64,000 nt of DNA, from assembly GCA_963721915.1 (NCBI GenBank), contig CAVRLD010000002.1, positions 111,442 to 175,441 on the forward strand, given 5' to 3'. The DNA is from an uncultured Acidobacteriota bacterium. Its GTDB lineage: Bacteria; Acidobacteriota; Terriglobia; Acidiferrales; UBA7541. Positions within the stretch are counted from its first letter, which is position 1, and every line of letters begins with the position of its first letter. The notes under the pieces are model-generated. The model was not told the origin of the DNA. It searched no databases and was given only the letters and a program-made list of their open reading frames with translations. A program made the position numbers and the translations under genes. Shown in pieces: positions 19,935 through 28,103 of the stretch.

Positions 19935-20339
19935 CTAGGGCACGTTTTCTCCCATCAATTTGCGCAGCGGCTGATTGTCGGCGTAAACGCGCCACTCCGC
20001 CATCAGTCCGTCTTTCACGACCGCCCGCCATGCGGCGGGAACCTCCCAGAAATTATTGTTCGCCCCGCCGGCGCCCGCATATCTGCCGCTGGCCGAGCCA
20101 AAAATCGCCAGCCGGTCGTCGGTCTGGAAAAATTCGACGGCGTGCACCTGGTAGTCGCCAACCATTTTGAAATACAAGGTCCAGCCCTGGCGCATGGTCT
20201 CGCGCCCGATAAATCTCTTGCCCAGCGCGTCCTGAAAAATGTGTCCCTCGGTCATCAGGTCGCACAGCGCGTTCACATTGCCAGCGTTGATGCGCTTGAT
20301 GAAATCCATCGCCACCTCAAGAGGTTGCGGATTCGCCAT
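19935..20339 (-). CDS. SnoaL/NTF2-like protein
   Basis: 134 aa with NTF2-like pattern, ends EWRVYADN. Confidence 0.75.
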   Translation of the reverse strand: MANPQPLEVAMDFIKRINAGNVNALCDLMTEGHIFQDALGKRFIGRETMRQGWTLYFKMVGDYQVHAVEFFQTDDRLAIFGSASGRYAGAGGANNNFWEVPAAWRAVVKDGLMAEWRVYADNQPLRKLMGENVP

Positions 20340-20388
20340 CCTGTCTCCTTGGGGCTGGCGTCCCAGTATAACGTCGGAATGAGGAGCG

Positions 20389-21423
20389 CTAGAACGGCCG
20401 ACCCGAATTTTCGCCTGAATTTGGTTTCAGCAGGACCTTCATCACATTTCGTTCCTGGGCGGATTGGATGGCGGCCGGCGCTTGGGCAAGCGGGAACGTG
20501 CGCGTGATAAGGGGAGTCGGATCCACCTTGGTGGAGCGGAGCAGCGCGATGGCTTTGGCGAAGGGGCCGCACCGGGAACCCACTACCGTGATTTCTTTGA
20601 CCACGATGGGCCATGTTTCGACCGGGGCGGCGCCATGGAAGGTCGATTTCAGGACGAGCGTGCCGCGGGGCTCGGTCATATGCTGTGCAAGTGTCAGTCC
20701 GGTTGGAGATCCAGTAGCTTCAATGACGAGCCGGAAAGTTTCCTTGATTCGTTTGAGATCGCTCGCATCGCCGGCTAAGTGGTTGGTTTCAATTTTGGCG
20801 TGGCGCGCAAGGGACAATTTTTCCCGGTGTTTGCCGTACATTGCCACGCGCGGAAGTGCTGTTCGCAAAATACGAGCGATCAGTTGCGCCAGCTTGCCGT
20901 CGCCGAGCACGGCGGCCTCACGGAATTTGCGCACGTTCACTTGATCCAGGATTTCGCATGCGGCCGCGAGCGGCTCGACGAAAACAGCTTGCTCATCGCT
21001 GATGGAATCGGGGATGGGGTGAAGATTTTCGAGCGGTAGTGCCAGGAATTCTGCGAACGCGCCGTCGTGATGAAGGATGCCGAGCACGGTGCGCCGGGAG
21101 CAGTGGGTCTTGAGTCCGCGGCGGCAGAAGGAGCAAACAGGTTTGTAGCCGTAAGCGGAGCAGGACACGTTGATTTCGCCAACGACACGTCTGCCCACCC
21201 AGCGACCTCGTCCTACAGCCGAAACGCCACGCACTTCCGTGACTTCGCCGACAAATTCGTGCCCGGGAGTGCCGCGAAAATGGTGATAGCCACGCAGGAT
21301 TTCGATGTCGGTGTTACAGATCCCAGCCAACCGGACTCGGATGAGCGCCCAGCCGCGCCGAAGCTTGGGCAGCGGTTTTGAGACTGGTTTCAGCTTGTCA
21401 CCGATAACCTGGAAGGCCTTCAC
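20389..21423 (-). CDS. Zinc-dependent alcohol dehydrogenase (MDR)
   Basis: GICNTD, GHEFVG, structural Cys cluster, GDGKLA, GSRCGPF. Confidence 0.9.
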   Translation of the reverse strand: MKAFQVIGDKLKPVSKPLPKLRRGWALIRVRLAGICNTDIEILRGYHHFRGTPGHEFVGEVTEVRGVSAVGRGRWVGRRVVGEINVSCSAYGYKPVCSFCRRGLKTHCSRRTVLGILHHDGAFAEFLALPLENLHPIPDSISDEQAVFVEPLAAACEILDQVNVRKFREAAVLGDGKLAQLIARILRTALPRVAMYGKHREKLSLARHAKIETNHLAGDASDLKRIKETFRLVIEATGSPTGLTLAQHMTEPRGTLVLKSTFHGAAPVETWPIVVKEITVVGSRCGPFAKAIALLRSTKVDPTPLITRTFPLAQAPAAIQSAQERNVMKVLLKPNSGENSGRPF

Positions 21424-21480
21424 GCGCCGCCTTTACTCCTCGCCTAGAACTTATCTCATAAACCACTCTTCGGGAGGGCA

Positions 21481-21740
21481 CAACCTGCGGAAAAAGTGGC
21501 ACAGCCATTCAGGCTGTCCTCCGACGTCAGGGCGCGACTTCACAACCTGCAAAAAAACTAAAAATGTGTCATTCCGTACCCCGTTCGGTTTTTGAACGGG
21601 GTACGGAATCTGCTTTTTCCTTGGCTTTCTTGCGAACAGCAGATCCCTTAACAAGGCTTTACAGGCTGCGGAAAAAGTCTTTTCTTTAGGAGGTCGGAGC
21701 TTTAGCGCTTCGGGTTCCTTTATTCTCGACAGGCCCAATT
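21481..21740. repeat. Cluster of nested MITE/REP remnants
   Basis: Three CA(A/G)(C/G)CTGC(G/A)(G/A)AAAAA ends (21481, 21543, 21662) and a GTCATTCC...GGAATCTGCTTTTTC unit nearly identical to 25864-25916. Confidence 0.7.
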
Positions 21741-21864
21741 TATAAGAGGCTTTAATATTCTAACAGATAAGGACAGGCTTCTCTTTTTATGAACAGGCCG
21801 ATTTGGCTCGAGAATTCGAACAGACAAGATGGAAGAAGCGCCCCTACAGATTGCATACTCTATT

Positions 21865-22815
21865 ATGGCAACCGACGCCCATCGTCCGGCGTGGAAGACG
21901 CTGTTAGCGTTCGCGATTATTTATTTTGTCTGGGGATCCACCTTTCTGGCGATTCGGGTTGGTGTGCTGGAGGTGCCCCCCTTCTTGTTTGCGGCGATGC
22001 GATTTTCCATTGCGGGGCTGGTTCTTTGCATGTGGACCATTGCACGCGGCGAGCGCTTGCCGCGGGGGCGCGAATGGGCTTCGGCATTTGCGCTGGCCAT
22101 GCTGATCTTCGTGCTCGACTATGGATTGTTGTTCTGGTCCGAGCAGCGTGTGCCTTCGGGAATTGCGGCTGTGATGCTGGCGCTGATCCCGGTGTTCATG
22201 GCCCTTTCGGAAATTATTTTGCTGCGCACCCAGAAGCTCACCATGCGCCTGGCGGTGGCGCTGCTCATTGGGATTGGCGGCGTGGCCGTGCTAATGAGCC
22301 GCTCCCTGAACCTGGGCGGCGCCCCGATCGACCGGGCCGGGGCGGTGGCCTTGATTGTCGCCTCGATGACCTGGTCGATTGCCTCCGCGCTTACCCGCAA
22401 GCTCGCCTTGCCGCCATCCAAATCGATGAGCTCCGGAGTGCAGATGCTGGTCGGCGGAATCATGCTGGGGTTGGTGGCCGGCGGCTTGGGTGAATTCCGC
22501 GATTTTCACCCGGCAACCGTATCCCGTGGAGTTTGGTTTGCCTTGCTGTACCTGATTGTGGCCGGCTCGATCGTTGGGTTTACCGCCTACCTTTGGCTGA
22601 TTCATCATGAATCCCCGACTAAGGTCGGTACCTATGCGTACGTGAATCCGGTGGTCGCCGTCCTGGTTGGCTATTTTCTGGGTGGTGAAACGCTGGGAGC
22701 GCGAACCATCGTGGGAACCTTGTTTGTCCTGGTGAGTGTAGTGGTCATAACCACCACCAGGGCGAAGCCGGCGGTCGCCACGATGCCTATGGAAAAGGAA
22801 GCCGTTGAAGCGTGA
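21865..22815 (+). CDS. EamA/DMT transporter (YedA-like)
   Basis: IYFVWGSTFLAIR, two EamA repeats, TYAYVNPVVAV. Confidence 0.92.
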   Translation: MATDAHRPAWKTLLAFAIIYFVWGSTFLAIRVGVLEVPPFLFAAMRFSIAGLVLCMWTIARGERLPRGREWASAFALAMLIFVLDYGLLFWSEQRVPSGIAAVMLALIPVFMALSEIILLRTQKLTMRLAVALLIGIGGVAVLMSRSLNLGGAPIDRAGAVALIVASMTWSIASALTRKLALPPSKSMSSGVQMLVGGIMLGLVAGGLGEFRDFHPATVSRGVWFALLYLIVAGSIVGFTAYLWLIHHESPTKVGTYAYVNPVVAVLVGYFLGGETLGARTIVGTLFVLVSVVVITTTRAKPAVATMPMEKEAVEA

Positions 22816-23018
22816 ACCGCGATCCTAGCCTATGGCTGGTTGCCAGGGTAAGCAAGCCTTCTCTCCTTCACAATCTGAACTGACGCTGAGGGTGCCCCAG
22901 GTTCGGTCTTTGAAGCTGGGTCTTGGGGTTGACTTCTCCTCTCACTGTCCACATCCATCCAAAATCGACCAGCTTCACCGTCGTCTCATGTCCTGACACT
23001 CTGGTCCCGAATTGGTCC

Positions 23019-23047
23019 TTGACTATAAGTTACTAACATGCTATCTT
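23019..23047 (+). promoter_or_regulatory. Sigma70-like promoter with extended -10, upstream of three-unit repeat copy A
   Basis: TTGACT-N17-TATCTT with TG-n before the -10. Confidence 0.55.
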
Positions 23048-23133
23048 AATTCGTGTTAAATCAAATAGTAATTCGAACACTTGGCACATGCCTCGGCGCC
23101 TCTGACGTCCCACCGCCAAACATTGTTCCAACC

Positions 23134-23275
23134 GTAAGCCGTTTAGAATCCGCACTTACGAAAAGTCGCCGCGTAACTCGTTTAGAATCCACAGATCCAA
23201 ATTCGTTACACGTAAAGCCCTTTAGAATCCGCACTTGCAAAAAAAGGCGGGGGGAGGGGGCAAACTGTTAACCAG
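23134..23275 (+). repeat. Three-unit AGAATCCGCAC repeat element, copy A
   Basis: AGAATCC cores at 23145, 23184, 23224 (39/40-bp spacing) then GGGGGGAGGGGGCAAACTGTTAACCAG. Confidence 0.85.
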
Positions 23276-23283
23276 CGATGGGG

Positions 23284-24381
23284 CTACTGGCTGTAAACGA
23301 GCATGTGGAACGTCCCCATGATCGGTGCAGGTTGCGGATGGGGATGATCGGCAGTGGGCGCGGGCGCCGGGCCAAAATCGACGGTGTCGACGAAAATGTT
23401 GTGCGTTTTTGTGTCGAGGCCCATGGTTTTGGCGCCGAATTCGGTCTTTACCGTGCCCACGACGCTGAGTTTATCCGTGGAGTCTTCGTGGAAAATGTGC
23501 ACGACGCCCTCGCGGGTGGAGACAAAGAGCATGCCGGTCTCAGGTTCATAGGCTGCGGCATCCACACCAGCGGTAATGGGAAAAGACTGAATGATTTTGC
23601 CATTGTCGGCATTCAACATCACCACCATCTGGGGTTTGCGCCCCGCGCTGAACAGACGGCGATGCGCAGCGTCGATGGCCAGGGCGGTGGGTGTGCCGGC
23701 AGGCGCGAGAGGCCAGCGCGATTTGACGGTGAGCGCTTTGCTGTCGATCGCTACCACTTCGTTTTTGTCCTCGAGATTGACGTAGACGGTGCCCTTCCCA
23801 TCGGCTACGGCGAACTCGGGACCGCCACCCAGGTCGATGGTTCCCACGGCATCGCCACTCTTGGCGTCGATCACCGTCGCGTTGTGTGGGTCGCCATTCA
23901 TGGAAAAGACGCGCTTTGACGCCGGATCGTAGACGATGCTGTCGGCATCTTTGTCGGCCTTCGCCTCGCCGAGAGTCTTGAGCGTCTTCAGATCGAAGAT
24001 GACGATTTTTCCTTGCGCGCCGTCGGTGATGAATCCGCGGCCGAACTCGGCGGCGATGGCGACCCCGTGATCCTGTTTCAGGCCGGTGATGTTGCCGACG
24101 ACGGAGCCGTTGTCGGCGTCGAGAACTTTGATCTCCGTGCCGTGGGAGAGATAGACGCGGCGGGCAGCAGAATCGACGGTGATGTAGTCGAAGTATTCGC
24201 GGGTGCTGCCTTCGGCAGGGCCGAAACTATATTTCTTAAGCAGGTGGTAAGTGACGCCAGATGAATTGGCGAGCGCGAGAGTGCCGAAAGCCAAAAGTGT
24301 GGCGCCCAGAGCGAGGCGAATCGAGACCGAAAGCTTTTTCGAGATCGAGGACGTTATCCAAACTTTGCGCGAGATTTTCAT
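23284..24381 (-). CDS. YncE/YVTN-type beta-propeller exported protein
   Basis: Signal peptide; repeated blades (FDYITVDSAARRVYLSHG, GTIDLGGGPEFAVADGKG). Confidence 0.85.
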   Translation of the reverse strand: MKISRKVWITSSISKKLSVSIRLALGATLLAFGTLALANSSGVTYHLLKKYSFGPAEGSTREYFDYITVDSAARRVYLSHGTEIKVLDADNGSVVGNITGLKQDHGVAIAAEFGRGFITDGAQGKIVIFDLKTLKTLGEAKADKDADSIVYDPASKRVFSMNGDPHNATVIDAKSGDAVGTIDLGGGPEFAVADGKGTVYVNLEDKNEVVAIDSKALTVKSRWPLAPAGTPTALAIDAAHRRLFSAGRKPQMVVMLNADNGKIIQSFPITAGVDAAAYEPETGMLFVSTREGVVHIFHEDSTDKLSVVGTVKTEFGAKTMGLDTKTHNIFVDTVDFGPAPAPTADHPHPQPAPIMGTFHMLVYSQ

Positions 24382-24786
24382 CGCAATTCTCCAGGAACTC
24401 AAAAATTTAGCACAGAACTTCCACAAGTTCGATCGGCGTCCTATCCGTGGGCCAATGGCTCGGCCCGATTAGTTTCGTGGAGGCAAATTAGCTGGGAACT
24501 GTGAACGTCGAATGACTCTTGGGTAGACACGCAGTTAAGCCAAGCTGAACAAACATTCATAAACCAAACCGCCTGCCTCAGTTGTCGCAGGAATAGGCTC
24601 GACAGCGCATTTCTTAATGGTTGGCAGAACCAGCGGAGGGCGGCGGCTAAGGCTCTTACGAGGTGTGCATCTTGTTCGGGAAAGACCGCGCGGAGGTCGA
24701 GGGCGACGTGCTAGTTTTCGAGTTTGCCGTCGCCTAGGTGGATGTTGGTGCCTTGCGGCACACTATCCCGTGCGGTTAAGAATCCG

Positions 24787-25722
24787 CTATTTGAAGAATT
24801 CCGCCATGCTGGTGGCGTCTTTCGCGGCGCCGGGCCAATGGGATTGGTCCAGGCCCAGAGCTTCGAGCATGAGGCGGAGGGTGGATTCGTGGTGGTATAA
24901 GGTTACGGAGCGATAGCCTGGCTTGACCTTGGAATTGACGATGACGGCTGGGACGCGGCCGCCTCCATAGTGACCTGCGCCATCGCTTTGATCGTCGTTG
25001 GTGGATTCGTCGAAAACGATTACCAGCAGCCCCTTGTCTTTGAAGAGCGGGGTATCCAGCAAGGGGGTAAAAATGTCCTTCAACCAATCGTCGGCTTGCT
25101 TCAACGCCGTAGCATCGCCGCATGGCGCGCTTCCCTGGCTGCTGCCGTTCGTACCTTTTATATTGTGAGCATCGTCGAAGAGATTCGGAACGAAGAAGGA
25201 ATAGTTCGCCAGGCGCTGGTTGGCCAGGTCATCGGAAAATTGAGCGAACGGTGCGAGATTCGATCGATCGGAAGCGGGGATATCCTTTTCAAAATACGCG
25301 AGAGGATTGTGGCGTTTGACGTAACCGTTGTTGCCGATATTGCCGCCGGTGTATCCGGGGCCAGGCACGCCCTCGACATAGGCTCGCCAGGTCTTGCCGG
25401 TGCTTTTCAATTCGCGGATCACGTTGTCAACCTCGACATGTTCAGTACGAAAGTCGCCCATGCGGCCTTTGTAGATCGCTTGTCCCGTCGTCAGCACAAA
25501 ATAATTACTGATCGAGGGATGCGCATTGGCATAGTACGAGGCGGCCAGTCCGTACTTTGTGGCCAGGTCATTTAGAAATTTCATTGCTGGGTTGCCGATG
25601 ACACAACTGAAGTCTTGATTCTCTTCGACCACGATAAAAGCGTGGTCCACGCGCGGAACTTGGGCGCTGCCGGTGCTGCTGAAGGCTAGAAAGCACAGCG
25701 CCGCTGCGAGAGTTCTGATCAC
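24787..25722 (-). CDS. Exported phosphoesterase / acid phosphatase family protein
   Basis: HAFIVVEEN, HPSISNY, KRHNP, PNLFDDAH, LVIVFDE; GTG start after an AGGAG RBS. Confidence 0.85.
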   Translation of the reverse strand: MIRTLAAALCFLAFSSTGSAQVPRVDHAFIVVEENQDFSCVIGNPAMKFLNDLATKYGLAASYYANAHPSISNYFVLTTGQAIYKGRMGDFRTEHVEVDNVIRELKSTGKTWRAYVEGVPGPGYTGGNIGNNGYVKRHNPLAYFEKDIPASDRSNLAPFAQFSDDLANQRLANYSFFVPNLFDDAHNIKGTNGSSQGSAPCGDATALKQADDWLKDIFTPLLDTPLFKDKGLLVIVFDESTNDDQSDGAGHYGGGRVPAVIVNSKVKPGYRSVTLYHHESTLRLMLEALGLDQSHWPGAAKDATSMAEFFK

Positions 25723-25837
25723 GGAAAGTCTCCTAGGATGAAAGTGGTTCTGATTTCGCAACCTCCAACGGGTCTGTGTGCCAAAAGCGCAGCGGCTAAG
25801 GCCTTGTTGATTCGGCGTCGGGTACGGCACGGCTGAA

Positions 25838-25999
25838 CAGGCCGCGAAAAAAACTCAAAATGTGTCATTCCGAACCCCGTTCGGTTTTTGAACGGGGTGA
25901 GGAATCTGCTTTTTCTTCGATTTTTTTGCGAAAAGCAGATCCCTCACCCGCAAACAACGCGGGTTCGGGATGACAAGTGCGCCTTTTTTCCGCGGGCTG
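25838..25999. mobile_element. 162-bp MITE with 4-bp TGAA target duplication
   Basis: TIRs CAGGCCGCGAAAAAA / TTTTTTCCGCGGGCTG; TGAA at 25834-25837 and 26000-26003; internal TGTCATTCCGAACCC...GGGTTCGGGATGACA doublet. Confidence 0.8.
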
Positions 26000-26009
26000 T
26001 GAAGCGGTG

Positions 26010-26064
26010 CCCTGACGAAAAACAAAGTTCTCACCCTGACGAAAAATCGAGTTCTCACACTGAC
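26010..26064. repeat. 24-bp tandem duplication
   Basis: ccctgacgaaaaacaaagttctca / ccctgacgaaaaatcgagttctca / cactgac. Confidence 0.8.
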
Positions 26065-26066
26065 TC

Positions 26067-26738
26067 CTAACGCCCCTCACAAGGTCGCGGTTCTTCTTCC
26101 GCAGCTTGTTCGCGGGGAGTGACTTGCTTTTGCTGTTCCGAGGAACAGTCCGGTATGTAGCGATCGATGGGAGACTGAGTATGAACCTGAAAATATTGCT
26201 TCAATCCGCGGAGTGTCCAGTCATCTTTGAATCCGAAGTGTTCGGCCTCCTGCCAGGCTTCGTCGGTGGAAACTCCGCGAAAATATACCGCGTAAAGTGC
26301 CGCGATCAACGAGGTTCGGTCGCGGCCGAGGTCGCAATGAAAGTAGATTGGATGCAAGCGCTTGTCCCGGAGCAGGCACAGGATTAGATCGATGTGCTTT
26401 TTGGAGGGTTGCACGGGAGAGGCGTTGATGGTGGCGGTGATCAGCGTCATTCCGTGGGCTTTGGCTTTCCGACCTTCCGATGCGGAAAGAAACGGGAAAA
26501 GCCTGAGGTTCAAAATGTATTTGACACCCTTGGACTGCAAGAATGCGAAGTCGGCATCATTTTTGGGTTTCGATCCCCTGAAGATTCCATCATCGATTTC
26601 GCCAAATCGAACGATGGAGGTGCCCGGAGCTGTGTGGATGTCGCGGATATCGGTGGCATCGGGTTTTGCTGGCGGATGAGCAGTCGAGCGGCACCCGTTG
26701 GCAACAAGCGCCAGAAGCAGGACGGCGAGAATTCTCAT
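26067..26738 (-). CDS. Protein-tyrosine-phosphatase-like lipoprotein
   Basis: CX5R P-loop HCDLGRDRT; lipobox-like ANGC. Confidence 0.85.
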   Translation of the reverse strand: MRILAVLLLALVANGCRSTAHPPAKPDATDIRDIHTAPGTSIVRFGEIDDGIFRGSKPKNDADFAFLQSKGVKYILNLRLFPFLSASEGRKAKAHGMTLITATINASPVQPSKKHIDLILCLLRDKRLHPIYFHCDLGRDRTSLIAALYAVYFRGVSTDEAWQEAEHFGFKDDWTLRGLKQYFQVHTQSPIDRYIPDCSSEQQKQVTPREQAAEEEPRPCEGR

Positions 26739-26756
26739 CAGCGGTTTCGAATGGAG

Positions 26757-27860
26757 CTAACCAAGTCTAGCAAGGCGTGACAAGACATGAGCATTCTCGA
26801 CGACGGCACCAAGCGAAGTTAGATTGCGCGCATCGACGAGCGCATTTACCGCGCCACGTACATCCCCTGTGCGGAGACGGTCCATACTATCGCCCAGGGA
26901 AACGGCAAAGTGCAACATCACGCTGGAATCGCGGTAGCAATCGGCGATGCAAGCGGTGCAGCCATCGCGCACCAGGGGCGTGGTCGCAAAGTCCCAGACC
27001 GAACAGAGGCGTTTGTCCCAGGCATCACACCGCCACATGTCGTAATTCCAATCCATATAGAAACTCTTATAGCCTCCGTAACAAACAAACTGCTGGGGTT
27101 TTCCAGCGAGATGGCGCTTCATGTCGGCGATGGAAGCGCTGGGATTGTTAACCGGGAATTTGTCACGCAGGTCGTCGATGGAATCGAAGGCCGCGGACAA
27201 TTCTGTCGTGGTGAACTTCATGAGTTGGGAATCGTCGGACCACGCCAAGGAGGTTGAGCCGAGACGCGCTCTTTGCGGGTACGAAAATGCCACAGCGGAG
27301 AAACCCATCGAGCGGAGCAGTGGCGCCAAATCAGCGTAGTCGGTGATTAACTTGCTCATCGTCACTTGGGCCAGAGGCGTCATATCCAGCTCACGCATGC
27401 GAGAGGTCGCCGCGCGGATGCGCTTCTCGAGTCCGTTGAGTCCGCGATTCGCCTCATGGACAGCCATCGACGCGGCGTCGATCGAAACGTATACGGTTTT
27501 GAGGCCAGTGGCTGCGAGGCGATCGAGTTGCGCCGGGAGCAGCCAGCCGTTGGTAATGAGGGCGGGGCCCATACCTTTGGCGACCGCCATCGCGATCATG
27601 TCGGCAAGACGCGTGTGGAGCAGGGGTTCGCCGCCGAAAAAACTGACGTAGCGAATGCCGCGCCGGTACAGGATGTCCAGGGCTGGCTCGAAGCGATCGG
27701 CGTCAATCCAGCGCAAATTGGCGGCGCCCACTTTTCCGCGAGCGAAATTGCAAAAGTCGCAGGCAGCGTTGCAAGCGTTGGTCACGGCTACATTACACAG
27801 CGCTGGCCCGCCATCACGGATGAGCCGCAGCATATCCCAAGCTTTTGAAAAAGAGGTCAT
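26757..27860 (-). CDS. Radical SAM protein with C-terminal SPASM/twitch-like Cys cluster
   Basis: CNAACDFC, GGEPLL, ITNG; C-terminal CYGG...C...CTACIADC. Confidence 0.88.
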   Translation of the reverse strand: MTSFSKAWDMLRLIRDGGPALCNVAVTNACNAACDFCNFARGKVGAANLRWIDADRFEPALDILYRRGIRYVSFFGGEPLLHTRLADMIAMAVAKGMGPALITNGWLLPAQLDRLAATGLKTVYVSIDAASMAVHEANRGLNGLEKRIRAATSRMRELDMTPLAQVTMSKLITDYADLAPLLRSMGFSAVAFSYPQRARLGSTSLAWSDDSQLMKFTTTELSAAFDSIDDLRDKFPVNNPSASIADMKRHLAGKPQQFVCYGGYKSFYMDWNYDMWRCDAWDKRLCSVWDFATTPLVRDGCTACIADCYRDSSVMLHFAVSLGDSMDRLRTGDVRGAVNALVDARNLTSLGAVVENAHVLSRLARLG

Positions 27861-28103
27861 TCGGCGGCTGCCTTCTTCAGACTAGAGTCGAAAAGCGCCC
27901 GCCACCCTTCGAAAGCTCAGGCTAAACGGTCGGCGGCCGCTATAGGAGACCGGTTGCGCTGCAAGCTGCAAATTAGACGCCAGGACGCATCGAAAAGACG
28001 GCGACCGATCTAAAGATTGGCCACTACAGGCGCGGCGGATCGCAGTTGTTCCTTCGCGCCAGCCCAGCTTCTGCGAATGGAATTATGCGAAGGCGTAAGT
28101 CAT

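Noticed and set aside
23134-23275. CRISPR array interpretation of the three-unit repeats (also 46302-46443)
   Set aside because: Linkers are only about 12 bp, units are degenerate and position-specific, and no cas genes are present.
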